From an uncultured Prevotellaceae bacterium (lineage in GTDB: Bacteria > Bacteroidota > Bacteroidia > Bacteroidales > Bacteroidaceae), in NCBI GenBank assembly GCA_900320045.1, contig ONQT01000006.1, positions 19,633 to 83,632 of the forward strand: DNA of 64,000 nucleotides, in the 5' to 3' direction. Of this stretch, positions 10,542 through 20,757 are shown piece by piece (the first letter of the stretch is position 1; each line of letters opens with the position of its first letter). The notes beneath the pieces were generated by a model that was given only the letters and a program-made list of their open reading frames with translations, did no database searches and was not told the origin of the DNA. Made by a program: the position numbers and the translations under genes.

Positions 10542-10565
10542 GACAAAACGCGGCCTCTATCAGTC
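10542..10565 (+). promoter_or_regulatory. Putative alternative-sigma (ECF-type) promoter GACAAAACG..CAGTC
   Basis: Same bipartite motif recurs at 16764-16786 and on both strands at 22306-22337. Confidence 0.55.
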
Positions 10566-10576
10566 CTTAGTATATA

Positions 10577-11872
10577 ATGCGCATGATGAAAAAGTTATTC
10601 CTTACATGGATGTCTGCCGTTGCTCTCTGTAGCACGGCTCAGACTTACGAGACCCAGTATGAGCGACCGGTGAGCGACCTGATGACGGACGTGCAACGGC
10701 AGTTTAACGTTCGTTTCAAATATAATGTCGACACCGTTGGCAAACGATTGCCCTATGCCGACTTCCGCGTCCGGCCCTACTCCATCGAGCAGACGCTGGA
10801 CAACATCTGCAAGTACTTCGACTGGAACTGGTGGAAGCAGTCGGGCAATGTCTATAAGATTAAGCCCTACGAATATCCCCGTCGCCACGAGGCTGAAGGC
10901 AGACAGATGCTAGACTGGTTGTCGTCCCTCTATAGTAACAAGGTTGAATGGGAGGCTCGTCGCGACTCGTTACGGAAGGAGGTGCGCCAACGCCTGGAAT
11001 TGGACGCGTTTCTCGACTCCTGTACGTTGAAACCACAACTATCAAAGATTCGCAAGCACGATGGCTACACCACGCAGAACATCTGCATCGAACTGACTCC
11101 CGGCCAACACCTCTTCGGCACTATCTATGCTTCCTTGAAGAAAGGAAAGCACGCGTTGATAGTATGCCCTGACGGCCACTGGCCTTATCGTTATCGTAAG
11201 GACGAGCAGCAGCGGTTGGGGACCCTGGCCCGCATGGGTGCCGTTTGTGTAGACTTCGACCTCTACGGCTGGGGCGAGAGCGAGAAGGAGGTGGGTGCCG
11301 AGGCGCACCATACCAGTCGGGCTCATGTCTATCAGGCTGCCTGCGGCTACGTGCTGCTGAACTACATGCTCAAGACCCGCAAGGACATTGACCACAGCCG
11401 CATCGGTGTTTGTGGCGGCAGCGGCGGAGGCACGCATACTGTTCTGCTTTCGCTGCTTGACGAACGCGTGACGGCATCGGCTCCCGTGGTTCACCTGGCA
11501 TCGCACTTCGACGGCGGTTGTCCGTGTGAGAGCGGCAAACCCGTACAACTATCGGCCGGAGGCACCTGCGAACCGGAACTGGCAGCCGTCATAGCTCCCA
11601 AGCCCATGCTTATCGTGAGCGACGGCGGCGACTGGACATCATCCGTTCCCACGCTGGAATTCCCTTATCTGCAGCGCATCTACGGATTTTATGGTGCGCA
11701 GGACAAGGTGCGCAACGTGCATCTTGAGAAGGAGCGCCACGACTTCGGCAAGAACAAGCGGCAGGCCGTCTACGACTTCTTCATCGACGTCTTCGGACTG
11801 GACCGCACCATGCTGGACGAGAGCATGATCGAGATAGAACCCGACGCCGCTCTCAAATTCCTCTACAAATAG
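10577..11872 (+). CDS. Secreted alpha/beta-hydrolase carbohydrate esterase, probably CE19 (BT1017-like RG-II pectin methylesterase)
   Basis: Signal peptide; nucleophile elbow GGSGGG (S282), candidate triad D352 (GGDWT) and H388 (ERHDF); GGCPCE cysteine motif; RG-II context. Confidence 0.72.
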   Translation: MRMMKKLFLTWMSAVALCSTAQTYETQYERPVSDLMTDVQRQFNVRFKYNVDTVGKRLPYADFRVRPYSIEQTLDNICKYFDWNWWKQSGNVYKIKPYEYPRRHEAEGRQMLDWLSSLYSNKVEWEARRDSLRKEVRQRLELDAFLDSCTLKPQLSKIRKHDGYTTQNICIELTPGQHLFGTIYASLKKGKHALIVCPDGHWPYRYRKDEQQRLGTLARMGAVCVDFDLYGWGESEKEVGAEAHHTSRAHVYQAACGYVLLNYMLKTRKDIDHSRIGVCGGSGGGTHTVLLSLLDERVTASAPVVHLASHFDGGCPCESGKPVQLSAGGTCEPELAAVIAPKPMLIVSDGGDWTSSVPTLEFPYLQRIYGFYGAQDKVRNVHLEKERHDFGKNKRQAVYDFFIDVFGLDRTMLDESMIEIEPDAALKFLYK

Positions 11873-11899
11873 TCCCCCTTACTCCTCACCTCTAAAAAT

Positions 11900-14368
11900 A
11901 TGAAACGCATACTCATCGTCCTCACCATCCTCTTTTCCGTTAGCTGCGGCTCGTTTGCAGCACGTTATCGGTTGTGGTATGACCGTCCTGCTATGACGTG
12001 GACACAGGCATTACCCATCGGCAATGGCATCATGGGTGGCATGGTGTTTGGCACACCTGCCGTAGAGCGCATCCAACTGAATGAGGAAACGCTCTGGGCC
12101 GGACAACCTAACAATGTCATCAACCCCTCGGCGAAAGCCAATCTGCCCAAGGTACGCCAGCTCATCTTCGAAGGCAAGTACAAGGAAGCACAGAAGTTGG
12201 CCGATGACAAGGTGATGCCTCATTCTGCAGGCAAGAATATGGGTATGCCTTATCAGCCTTTCGGCGACGTCTACATTTCCATGCCCGGCCACGCCGACTA
12301 TAGTGACTACGAGCGCTGGCTGGACCTAGACAGCGCCAAGGTGGTGAGCCGCTATGTCTCCAATGGCGTCGAGTACCGCCGCGAGGTAACGGCGCCCATG
12401 GGACCGATTCCCGTCGTCACCGTTCACCTAACAGCAAACCGACAAGGAATGCTGACCTTCACCGCCCACATGACATCACCCCACGAGAACGTACTTATCG
12501 GTACCGACACCAACGCCACCTTATATAATAATGTGTCCGACGGTTCCCCCGTCGGAGACGCCTATCTCCACGGTGTTTCTTCCAAGCACGAGGGTCTGAA
12601 GGGCAAGGTTCGCTTTATGGGGCGCATGGCCGTTGAGACCAACGGCGGGACAGTAACCTGCTCGAATGGTGTCATCAGCGTGACTGGGGCCGACGAGGCG
12701 GTGGTGTTCGTTGCCATCGGCACGAACGTCAAGAATTACAAGGACATCACCGGCGACGAGGTTGCACAGGCCAAGGAACGCTTGGAAGCAGCCCGCAACT
12801 GGGGATACGGTCGTCTGCAGACCGTCCATACCAATGTCTATACGGAATACTACAACCGCGTCAAGTTGGACTTGGGCGAAGACCACTACCCTCGCCTGTC
12901 GATGGACAAGCGCATCAAGCAGTTCAGCGCCACCACTCCCAAGAGCGCTCCTACTCCCGACGGTTCTCCGTCAAGCCTCCCCGACAACCACCTCGTAGCC
13001 ACCTACTTCCAGTTCGGACGCTATCTCCTCATCTCGTCGTCACAGCCCGACAACATGAACCCCGCCAACCTGCAGGGCATCTGGAACGACAAGATGTTTC
13101 CCTCGTGGGACTCGAAATACACGACGAACATCAATCTGGAGATGAACTACTGGCCGGCAGAGGTGACGAACCTCTCGGAACTGAACGAGCCGCTGTTCAA
13201 ACTCATCCGTGAAGTAAGCGAACAAGGCAGGCAGACGGCCCGCGACATGTATGGTGCCGACGGATGGGTGCTGCATCACAACACGGACCAATGGCGCATC
13301 ACCGGTCCTGTAGACCATGCCCAGACGGGATTGTGGCCGATGGGCGGTGCATGGCTATGTCGCCACTTGTGGGAACATTATCTTTATACGCGCGATGAAG
13401 CCTTCCTTCGTCAATACTACCCTATCATGCTGGGCGCTGCCACCTTCTTTACGCAGACCCTGCAGAAACACCCGACCAAAGGCTGGCTGGTAGTCTGTCC
13501 GGGAGAGTCGCCAGAGCATGGCGGCAAGGGTCGCGGCACAGCGCTGGATGCCGGTGTAACGATGGACAACCAACTGGTGCGTGAACTCTATACCAACGTC
13601 CTCGAGGCTGCTAAGATTCTGGGCGACGACAATGCTCAATTGTCAATCATCAAAGCTCAATTGAAAGAGCTTGCTCCCATGCAGATAGGCAGCTGGGGAC
13701 AGTTGCAGGAATGGCTCGACGACCTCGACGACCCGAAGGACGACCACCGTCACTTCTCGCACCTCTATGGGCTGTTCCCCTCTAACCAGATATCCCCCTC
13801 TAAGACACCCGACCTTTGGGAGGCTGCCCGCAAGTCGCTAACGGCCCGTGGTGACGTCTCGACAGGCTGGAGCATGGGCTGGAAAGTATGCTCATGGGCC
13901 CGACTGTTAGACGGCGAGCATGCCTACAAGCTCATCAGGGACCAGTTGACGCTGACGGCCGACACCTTCCTGATATTCGGTGCCACGAAGCAACGTGGCG
14001 GCACGTATCCCAATATGTTCGACGCCCATCCGCCCTTCCAGATTGACGGCAACTTCGGCTGTACGGCAGGTATCGCCGAGATGCTGATGCAAAGCTACGA
14101 CGGCTTCATCTACCTGTTGCCTGCCCTTCCTGCTGTATGGAAGGACGGCAGCGTCAAGGGACTGGTGGCCCGCGGCGACTTCGAGATAGACATGAACTGG
14201 AAGGACGGCAAGCTGACACAGGCCGTGGTGCGCTCGAACAAGGGCGGCAATTGTCTGCTGCGCAGCAACACGCCACTTAAGGGCAAAGGACTGAAAAAGA
14301 CAAAAGAAACAAACCTGTACACGCTGTCTACCAAGGCGGGCGTGGCATATACGATTCAAGGACTATGA
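11900..14368 (+). CDS. GH95 alpha-L-fucosidase/alpha-L-galactosidase
   Basis: [48 protein letters not shown]. Confidence 0.93.
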   Translation: MKRILIVLTILFSVSCGSFAARYRLWYDRPAMTWTQALPIGNGIMGGMVFGTPAVERIQLNEETLWAGQPNNVINPSAKANLPKVRQLIFEGKYKEAQKLADDKVMPHSAGKNMGMPYQPFGDVYISMPGHADYSDYERWLDLDSAKVVSRYVSNGVEYRREVTAPMGPIPVVTVHLTANRQGMLTFTAHMTSPHENVLIGTDTNATLYNNVSDGSPVGDAYLHGVSSKHEGLKGKVRFMGRMAVETNGGTVTCSNGVISVTGADEAVVFVAIGTNVKNYKDITGDEVAQAKERLEAARNWGYGRLQTVHTNVYTEYYNRVKLDLGEDHYPRLSMDKRIKQFSATTPKSAPTPDGSPSSLPDNHLVATYFQFGRYLLISSSQPDNMNPANLQGIWNDKMFPSWDSKYTTNINLEMNYWPAEVTNLSELNEPLFKLIREVSEQGRQTARDMYGADGWVLHHNTDQWRITGPVDHAQTGLWPMGGAWLCRHLWEHYLYTRDEAFLRQYYPIMLGAATFFTQTLQKHPTKGWLVVCPGESPEHGGKGRGTALDAGVTMDNQLVRELYTNVLEAAKILGDDNAQLSIIKAQLKELAPMQIGSWGQLQEWLDDLDDPKDDHRHFSHLYGLFPSNQISPSKTPDLWEAARKSLTARGDVSTGWSMGWKVCSWARLLDGEHAYKLIRDQLTLTADTFLIFGATKQRGGTYPNMFDAHPPFQIDGNFGCTAGIAEMLMQSYDGFIYLLPALPAVWKDGSVKGLVARGDFEIDMNWKDGKLTQAVVRSNKGGNCLLRSNTPLKGKGLKKTKETNLYTLSTKAGVAYTIQGL
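12530..12556 (+). repeat. In-frame hairpin element, family A
   Basis: AATGTG TCCGACGG TTCCC CCGTCGGA, read as NVSDGSPVG. Confidence 0.75.
12929..12975 (+). repeat. In-frame hairpin element, family B
   Basis: ...ACT CCCGACGG TTCT CCGTCAAG, read as [16 protein letters not shown]. Confidence 0.75.
13636..13663 (+). repeat. In-frame heptamer microrepeat (TCAATTG-like x4) in GH95
   Basis: TCAATTG TCAATCA TCAAAGC TCAATTG. Confidence 0.7.
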
Positions 14369-15822
14369 AGAAACTTATGATGATACTGAGCCTTGCGTTG
14401 CTGACGGTGTCGGCACAGGCAGGCAAGCCATGGGACAATGGCAAACTTTGTGTTTCGGATAACCAGCGTTATCTGCAGTTTGAGAACGGACAGCCCTTCT
14501 TCTGGCTGGGCGAGACGGGATGGCTGTTGCCGGAACGTCTGGACCGCGCCGAGGCGGAGTGGTATCTGCAGAGCTGCGCCAAGGCGGGCTACAATGTCGT
14601 GCAGGTGCAGACCATCGACGGTGTTCCTGCCTATAACATCTACGGACAGATGTCGAACCCTGACGGCTGGAACTTCAATGACATCAACAAGAAGGGTGTC
14701 TACGGCTATTGGGACCACATGGACTACATCATCGACCGTGCCGCCGACCACGGCATCTATATCGGCATGGTGTGCATCTGGGGCGGACTGATAAAGGACG
14801 GCAAGCTCTCTGTAGAGGATGCCAAGAAATACGGCACGTTCCTCGCTAACCGCTACAAGAACAAGCCCAACATCATCTGGTTTATGGGCGGCGACATTCA
14901 GGGCGACATCAAGCCTGAGGTCTGGGAGGCGCTGGCCACCACCATCAAGAGCATCGACAAGAACCATATCATGACCTACCACCCCCGTGGTCGCTATACG
15001 TCTGCCCGCTGGTGGAGCAAGGCCAAGTGGCTCGATTTTCACACCTTCCAGAGCGGACACCGTCGCTATGGACAGCGCATGGGTAATGCCGACTACCCCA
15101 TTCCCGACAATACGGAGGAGGACAACTGGATGTATGTGGACTCCACCTGGAAGTACAATCCCATCAAGCCCGTGCTCGATGCAGAGCCCAGCTATGAGGA
15201 TATTCCCATTGGTCTGCACGACCCCAACGAGGGTCGCTGGCAGGACTATGACGTGCGCCGCTATGCCTACTGGAGCGTCTTTGCCGGAAGCTGCGGACAC
15301 ACCTACGGCCACAACGCCATCATGCAGATGCTGAAGCCCGGCTATCCCACCTCGTACGGCGATGCCGGCGACGTGAAGACCTGGTATCAGGCCCTGCACG
15401 ACCCTGGGTTCTCGCAGATGCAGTACCTGAAGTGCCTCATCCTGTCGTTCCCCTACTTCGAACGTGTGGCTGACCAGAGCATCATTCACGACAACGGTGT
15501 ACAGTACAACCGACTCATTGCCACACGAGGCAACGACTACCTGTTGGTGTACAACTACAACGGCAACAGCATGAAGGTTGACCTGACGAAGATCAGCGGC
15601 TCCAAGAAGAACGTCTGGTGGATGACGGCCGCTACAGGTAAGCTGAAGTACCTCGGCGAATTTGACTCCAAGGTGCTCACCTTCCGCTATCACCCCCAGT
15701 CGGCCCGCATCGAGGACGGTGTCCTCATCGCCATCGACACCGCTAAGGACTATCTGAAGAAGGACCAGACGAATCTCTCGCCCGACGGCTACAAGGCCAA
15801 AGCCCGCGACCTGAACGAGTAA
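14365..15822 (+). CDS. GH140 apiosidase-like protein (DUF4038 plus C-terminal beta domain)
   Basis: [54 protein letters not shown]; signal peptide. Confidence 0.88.
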   Translation: MKKLMMILSLALLTVSAQAGKPWDNGKLCVSDNQRYLQFENGQPFFWLGETGWLLPERLDRAEAEWYLQSCAKAGYNVVQVQTIDGVPAYNIYGQMSNPDGWNFNDINKKGVYGYWDHMDYIIDRAADHGIYIGMVCIWGGLIKDGKLSVEDAKKYGTFLANRYKNKPNIIWFMGGDIQGDIKPEVWEALATTIKSIDKNHIMTYHPRGRYTSARWWSKAKWLDFHTFQSGHRRYGQRMGNADYPIPDNTEEDNWMYVDSTWKYNPIKPVLDAEPSYEDIPIGLHDPNEGRWQDYDVRRYAYWSVFAGSCGHTYGHNAIMQMLKPGYPTSYGDAGDVKTWYQALHDPGFSQMQYLKCLILSFPYFERVADQSIIHDNGVQYNRLIATRGNDYLLVYNYNGNSMKVDLTKISGSKKNVWWMTAATGKLKYLGEFDSKVLTFRYHPQSARIEDGVLIAIDTAKDYLKKDQTNLSPDGYKAKARDLNE

Positions 15823-15864
15823 CGAAATTCGCAACCATAACAAACGAAGCGAAGAATTAACACT

Positions 15865-16521
15865 ATGTCTGACATAAAGATTAAGTTCAGCGTGCATCAG
15901 AATCCGCTGAAAGACGAGCAGGGACGGACGACGTATCAGGTGCGGCAGGATACGCATGGAACGGTAACGACCAAGATGCTGGAGGAAGAACTGGCCCTGC
16001 ATGGTTTGCAGAACAACTTCACGCTCGACGGAGCCGTGGAATGGCTTAAGAAAGTGATGGTATCGCACATGAACTTCAACCGTCGTATACACGTGGAGGG
16101 CCTGGGAATGTTCTCGCTGAGCATTGGTCTGAAACCCGTCGTCGACGAGGACGGCACCGTACACAAGCGCATCGTTACCGACCCCAACGACATTACGGGC
16201 AACGAGGTGGAGGTGACGGGCATTAACTTCGTGCCCGACAAGGAATTCCTGGACTATGCCAAGCAGCAACTCTTGTACTTCGAGAACTCTGCTCCGCGCG
16301 GTTTCGTGGGACATTCGGAATGGCACGAGGACGAAAAACTGAGACAGGAAGTTATCGGATATCTTACAGAGCACAAGTATCTTACATGTCCCCTCTTCAT
16401 GAAGTTGTGGCACGTTACGCGCTACAAAGCAGAGCAGCTATTAGCACAACTCTGCGAAGGAGAGGACGCCATCCTGGTGCGCCAGAAGCAAGCAAACACG
16501 ATTTTCTATTATCTGAAGTAG
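15865..16521 (+). CDS. Bacteroidota HU-like DNA-binding protein with C-terminal winged-helix-like domain
   Basis: HU-type core RRIHVEGLGMFSLSIG ... INFVPDKEF; C-terminal YLTEHKYLT..F..L....RYKA...L..L. Confidence 0.78.
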   Translation: MSDIKIKFSVHQNPLKDEQGRTTYQVRQDTHGTVTTKMLEEELALHGLQNNFTLDGAVEWLKKVMVSHMNFNRRIHVEGLGMFSLSIGLKPVVDEDGTVHKRIVTDPNDITGNEVEVTGINFVPDKEFLDYAKQQLLYFENSAPRGFVGHSEWHEDEKLRQEVIGYLTEHKYLTCPLFMKLWHVTRYKAEQLLAQLCEGEDAILVRQKQANTIFYYLK

Positions 16522-16523
16522 GA

Positions 16524-16709
16524 CTCACCGACAGTATCAAGAGATCTCACCAACTACGAAGTGGCACTTAAGCAATCGCAAAGTGCCACTATTACTATCT
16601 TCCGACTATAGTCAGCAAACCTTCCGACTATAGTCAGCACAACTTCTGACTATAGTCGGAAGAATGGCAAGATTACTTCTTAAGGAGGCGGATGTTGCTT
16701 TTCAAGGAG
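16524..16709. repeat. 22-bp-period mosaic repeat array downstream of the HU-like gene
   Basis: CTCACC(G/A)AC at 16524/16546; AAGTG(G/C)CACT at 16559/16581; CTTC(C/T)GACTATAGTC at 16599/16621/16643; CTTyTyAAGGAG at 16676/16698. Confidence 0.85.
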
Positions 16710-16724
16710 ACTTTGCTTACTAAT

Positions 16725-16750
16725 CAGCCTTGACGGGAAGGCTGTTCTTT
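16725..16750 (+). terminator. Probable intrinsic terminator
   Basis: CAGCCTT-GACGGG-AAGGCTG followed by TTCTTT. Confidence 0.55.
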
Positions 16751-16763
16751 GGGGGCCTGCGAG

Positions 16764-16786
16764 GACAAAAACGGCTGCCGTCCGTC
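16764..16786 (+). promoter_or_regulatory. Putative alternative-sigma promoter GACAAAAACG..CCGTC
   Basis: Second copy of the cluster motif, 23 bp upstream of the GH78-GH33 ATG. Confidence 0.55.
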
Positions 16787-16809
16787 TTTATGTTAGTAAA
16801 GAAGAACCG

Positions 16810-19800
16810 ATGAAAAAACTACTGACAATCATGTGTCTTGCGCTACTGCCGATGCTGGTGGCAGGCAAGCAGAAAGCAAGAGTTGCGGACGTCAGCCTCT
16901 CGTGGCTGAGAGTAGAGAATATGGACTGTCCTCTGGGCATTGATACCGACACGCCTCGGTTCTCGTGGCTCATCAGAAGCGAGAAGCAGAACGTGCGCCA
17001 GACGGCCTACCAGATCATCGTCTCTACCGACAAGGGCGAGATGTGGAACTCCGGCAAGGTGGACTCGGACCAGCAGTTGTGGGTGCGCTACGGCGGACAG
17101 CCGCTGAAGAGTGCCACGCAATGCACGTGGAAAGTGAAGGTCTGGACGACGGCCGGCGAGAGTGCGTGGAGCGAGGAGGAGCGCTTCGGCATCGGCCTGC
17201 TGAAGGAGAGCCACTGGACAGGGCGCTGGATTGGTCTGGAGCGGCTGATGCCCGGCGAGGAGCGAGGACTGCACACCCGACTGGCAGCCCGCTACGTCCG
17301 AAAGGAGTTCGAGCTGGACAAGCCCGTCAAGCGCGCCATCGCCTATGTGGCCGGCATCGGACTGCATGAGTTGCATGTCAATGGAGTCTGTTACAATGCC
17401 AACGTCCTGATGCCCATGCCTACGGACTACCGCAAGACGGTGCTCTACAACACCTACGACATCACGGGAGGACTGAAGGAAAAGAACTGCATCGGACTGG
17501 TGCTGGGCAACGGCCGGCTGTTCCCCATGCGCCAGAACAAGCCCTACAAGGCACCGGTCTTCGGACTGCCGAAGTGTCGCATCAACATCCTCATCGAGTT
17601 TACCGACGGCACCACCAAGCGTATCTCAACTGACGAAAAATGGAAGATAACGGCCAATGGCCCTATCCGCTCGAACAACGAATACGACGGTGAGGAGTAT
17701 GATGCCCGTAAGGAACTGACGGGTTGGGACAAGCCAGGCTACGACGACCATACCTGGCTACAGGCCGAGCGTACCGCCATACCGCTGGGCACCCTTCGGG
17801 CGCAGATGGCGCCGGGCATGGTGATAGATCCCCAGACACAACAGCCGCTGGTGGTCAGCCAGAAGCAGAATGCCCAAGGCAAGCAGGTTGTCATCTACGA
17901 CTTCCACCAGAATATGGCGGGATGGATAGGCTTTACACCCACAGGCCATGCCGGCGACACCATCCGCGTAAAGTATGCCGAGAAGCTCAACGCCGACGGC
18001 ACGCTGTACCTCGACAACTTCCGCGACGCCCGCTCGGAGGACATCTACGTCTGCGGTACTGTGCCCGCTGGTTCGGCCAGCGGGATTGCCGAATGGCACC
18101 CCACCTTCAGCTATCACGGTTTCCGCTACGCTCAGGTGACGGGACCGGCCAAGGACCTGCGTGCCTATACCGTCAGCGACGATATGGCAACGACGGGAAC
18201 TTTCGAGTGCTCGGATGCCACGCTGAACCAGGTGATGAAGAATGCCTGGTGGGGCATCTATTCTAATTATAAAGGTATGCCCGTCGACTGTCCGCAGCGC
18301 AACGAGCGTCAGCCGTGGCTGGGCGACCGCACCATGGGCTCGCTGGGCGAGAGCTTCGTCTTCAACAACGAGCGGCTGTACACCAAGTGGATGCGAGACA
18401 TCTGTGAGTCACAGCGCGAGGACGGTGTCTTCTGCGACGTGGCTCCCGCCTACTGGAACTACTACAACGACGACGTGACATGGCCTGCCGCCCTACCCTT
18501 CGGTTGCGACATGCTGTATCGGCAGTACGGCAACCGCGAAGCCATCGACAAGTCGTATCCGTATATCAAGCGCTGGCTGCAACACCTGATGGCTGACTAT
18601 CTGAAGGACGGCATCATCACCAAAGACACCTATGGCGACTGGTGCGTGCCGCCCGAGAAGCTGGAGCTGATCCATTCGCAGGACCCGGCCCGCAAAACGG
18701 ACGGCAGCCTCATCTCGACGGCCTACGTCATCCGCGTCCTGCAACTGCTGGAGCAATGGGGATGCGAGGCCGACACCTGGAAACCTATTCGTCTGAAACT
18801 CACCGATAGCTTCAACCGCCACTTCCTGACCGTCAAGGAAGGAACGTCACCGCGGCCGGGGCATCCATTGTACCCCGACTCCGTCTTCTACGGCAACAAC
18901 ACCGCGACCGCCAACCTGCTGGCATTGTCGTTCGGCATCGTTCCCGAGAAGTACCGCCAAGAGGTGACGAAGAATGTCGTTGAGAACATCATCGTCAAAA
19001 ACAATGCCCACGTGCCCTGCGGCGTCATTGGCATCTCCTGGCTGCTGCGCGGCCTCTCAGACAATGGTTTCAGCGACATCGCCTACATGATTGCCACCCA
19101 GCACAGCTATCCCTCCTGGGGCTATATGGCCGAGAATGGTGCAACGACCATTTGGGAGCTCTGGAACGGCGACAAGGCCTCTCCCCGCATGAACAGCGGC
19201 AACCACGTCATGTTGCTGGGTGACCTGATTACCTGGTGCTACCAGTATCTGGGCGGCATCCGTACTGTGGGCAGCGGTTCTGCCGTTGCCTATAAGCGCT
19301 TTATTCTCAAGCCCGACTTCAGCATCCAGGACTGCTCGTTTGCCAACGTCAGCTACCTTTCTCCCTATGGCACGATTATCAGCAACTGGAAAAAGACACT
19401 ACAGCATGTTGAGTGGGACGTGCAGGTTCCCTGCAACACCACCGCGGTCGTCTGCTTCCCCGACGGCACCACCCAGGAAATCGGTTCCGGCAAATACCAC
19501 TTCTCCTGCGACATCCCGACGGCTCACCCCGCCATCCTGAAGGACGAGTTCCTGTACGAGAAAGCCTCTTTCCCGCAATGTCACTCGGCCAGCATCGTGG
19601 AGACCAAGAAGGGCGACCTCGTCGCCACTTATTTCGGCGGCAAGCATGAGCGCAATCCGGATGTCTGCATCTGGGTGAGCATCAAGAAGAAAGGCAGTAA
19701 CGAATGGAGTAAGCCCATCCTCGCCGCTGACGGTGTGTTTACATTAGAAACAAAAGAAGCCGAAATCGCAGGCATCAACGCTGAAAGCACTCCTGCTTCT

Positions 19801-20724
19801 GAAGGCCCCATGCGTAAAGGAACTGCCTCGGACAACCAACGCCGCAAGGCCTGCTGGAACCCCGTCCTCTGTGAAATGCCCAACGGTGAACTCTGGCTGT
19901 TCTTCAAGGTGGGTCTGAAGGTATCCGATTGGACAGGATGGCTCTGCAAGTCGAAGGACGGCGGAAAGACCTGGAGCGACAAGGAGCCCCTGCCTAATGG
20001 CTTCCTCGGCCCTATCAAGAACAAGCCCGAAATCATCGACGGCCGTCTGCTCTGTCCCTCCAGCACGGAGGATAACGGTTGGAAGTTCCACATGGAAATC
20101 TACGACCTGAAGACCAAGCAATGGAAGTACGTCGGTCCCGTTGCCGCCGAGCTGGCCATGCGCTGCGAAAACATGCACGCCGGCAGCGGCTCCACCACCA
20201 CCACTCCCAACGCTTCTCCGTCGGGCAAGAAGGAAGACATCGAGGCCCCTGATGCCGGAGGTGTCGCCGCCAAGGACGGTCGCCACCCCATCGATTGCAT
20301 CCAGCCTTCCATCCTCAAACTTAAGGACGGTCGCCTACAGGTATTGATGCGCACCCGCAACGGCAAGATAGCCACCTCCTTCTCCAGCGACAACGGCGAC
20401 ACCTGGACCAACGTCACACTACTCAATGTGCCCAACAACCAGAGCGGCACCGATGCCGTCACGCTGAAGGACGGACGGCACGTGCTCATCTACAACGACT
20501 TCGAGACGCTGCCCGGCACCAAGAAAGGAGTCCGCACACCGCTTTCTATCGCCATCAGCGACGACGGCACACACTGGCGCCACGCCTTGACGCTGGAGGA
20601 TTCGCCCATCAGTCAGTACTCCTACCCCTGCATTATCCAAGGGCGTGACGGCAAACTGCATGCCGTCTACACCTGGCGCCGACTGCGCATGGCCTATAAG
20701 GAAATAGACATCGACAAACTGTGA
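16810..20724 (+). CDS. GH78 alpha-L-rhamnosidase fused to a GH33/BNR sialidase-like domain (BT1013-like)
   Basis: PVDCPQRNERQPWLGD, GATTIWELW, MNSGNH; C-terminal Asp boxes SKDGGKTWS, SSDNGDTWT, SDDGTHW and YSYP. Confidence 0.92.
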   Translation: MKKLLTIMCLALLPMLVAGKQKARVADVSLSWLRVENMDCPLGIDTDTPRFSWLIRSEKQNVRQTAYQIIVSTDKGEMWNSGKVDSDQQLWVRYGGQPLKSATQCTWKVKVWTTAGESAWSEEERFGIGLLKESHWTGRWIGLERLMPGEERGLHTRLAARYVRKEFELDKPVKRAIAYVAGIGLHELHVNGVCYNANVLMPMPTDYRKTVLYNTYDITGGLKEKNCIGLVLGNGRLFPMRQNKPYKAPVFGLPKCRINILIEFTDGTTKRISTDEKWKITANGPIRSNNEYDGEEYDARKELTGWDKPGYDDHTWLQAERTAIPLGTLRAQMAPGMVIDPQTQQPLVVSQKQNAQGKQVVIYDFHQNMAGWIGFTPTGHAGDTIRVKYAEKLNADGTLYLDNFRDARSEDIYVCGTVPAGSASGIAEWHPTFSYHGFRYAQVTGPAKDLRAYTVSDDMATTGTFECSDATLNQVMKNAWWGIYSNYKGMPVDCPQRNERQPWLGDRTMGSLGESFVFNNERLYTKWMRDICESQREDGVFCDVAPAYWNYYNDDVTWPAALPFGCDMLYRQYGNREAIDKSYPYIKRWLQHLMADYLKDGIITKDTYGDWCVPPEKLELIHSQDPARKTDGSLISTAYVIRVLQLLEQWGCEADTWKPIRLKLTDSFNRHFLTVKEGTSPRPGHPLYPDSVFYGNNTATANLLALSFGIVPEKYRQEVTKNVVENIIVKNNAHVPCGVIGISWLLRGLSDNGFSDIAYMIATQHSYPSWGYMAENGATTIWELWNGDKASPRMNSGNHVMLLGDLITWCYQYLGGIRTVGSGSAVAYKRFILKPDFSIQDCSFANVSYLSPYGTIISNWKKTLQHVEWDVQVPCNTTAVVCFPDGTTQEIGSGKYHFSCDIPTAHPAILKDEFLYEKASFPQCHSASIVETKKGDLVATYFGGKHERNPDVCIWVSIKKKGSNEWSKPILAADGVFTLETKEAEIAGINAESTPASEGPMRKGTASDNQRRKACWNPVLCEMPNGELWLFFKVGLKVSDWTGWLCKSKDGGKTWSDKEPLPNGFLGPIKNKPEIIDGRLLCPSSTEDNGWKFHMEIYDLKTKQWKYVGPVAAELAMRCENMHAGSGSTTTTPNASPSGKKEDIEAPDAGGVAAKDGRHPIDCIQPSILKLKDGRLQVLMRTRNGKIATSFSSDNGDTWTNVTLLNVPNNQSGTDAVTLKDGRHVLIYNDFETLPGTKKGVRTPLSIAISDDGTHWRHALTLEDSPISQYSYPCIIQGRDGKLHAVYTWRRLRMAYKEIDIDKL
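18058..18084 (+). repeat. In-frame hairpin element, family A
   Basis: ACTGTG CCCGCTGG TTCGG CCAGCGGG, read as TVPAGSASG. Confidence 0.8.
19264..19290 (+). repeat. In-frame hairpin element, family A
   Basis: ACTGTG GGCAGCGG TTCTG CCGTTGCC, read as TVGSGSAVA. Confidence 0.8.
20194..20225 (+). repeat. In-frame hairpin element, family B
   Basis: ACCACCACCACT CCCAACGC TTCT CCGTCGGG, read as TTTTPNASPSG. Confidence 0.8.
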
Positions 20725-20757
20725 TGGACTATAGCCTGAGTGCTATAGCCCCATCAC
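20721..20757. terminator. Inverted repeat covering both convergent stop codons (possible bidirectional terminator)
   Basis: GTGATGG-A-CTATAGC ctgagt GCTATAG-CC-CCATCAC; no U-tract on either strand. Confidence 0.45.

Noticed and set aside
14356-16413. 685-aa minus-strand ORF
   Set aside because: Antisense shadow of the GH140 and HU-like genes; no recognisable motifs, and expected from biased codon usage on the coding strand.
16599-16663. Palindromic 22-bp repeats as a mini-CRISPR or plasmid iterons
   Set aside because: No spacer-length unique sequence and no cas or rep gene; kept as a phased array of unknown function.
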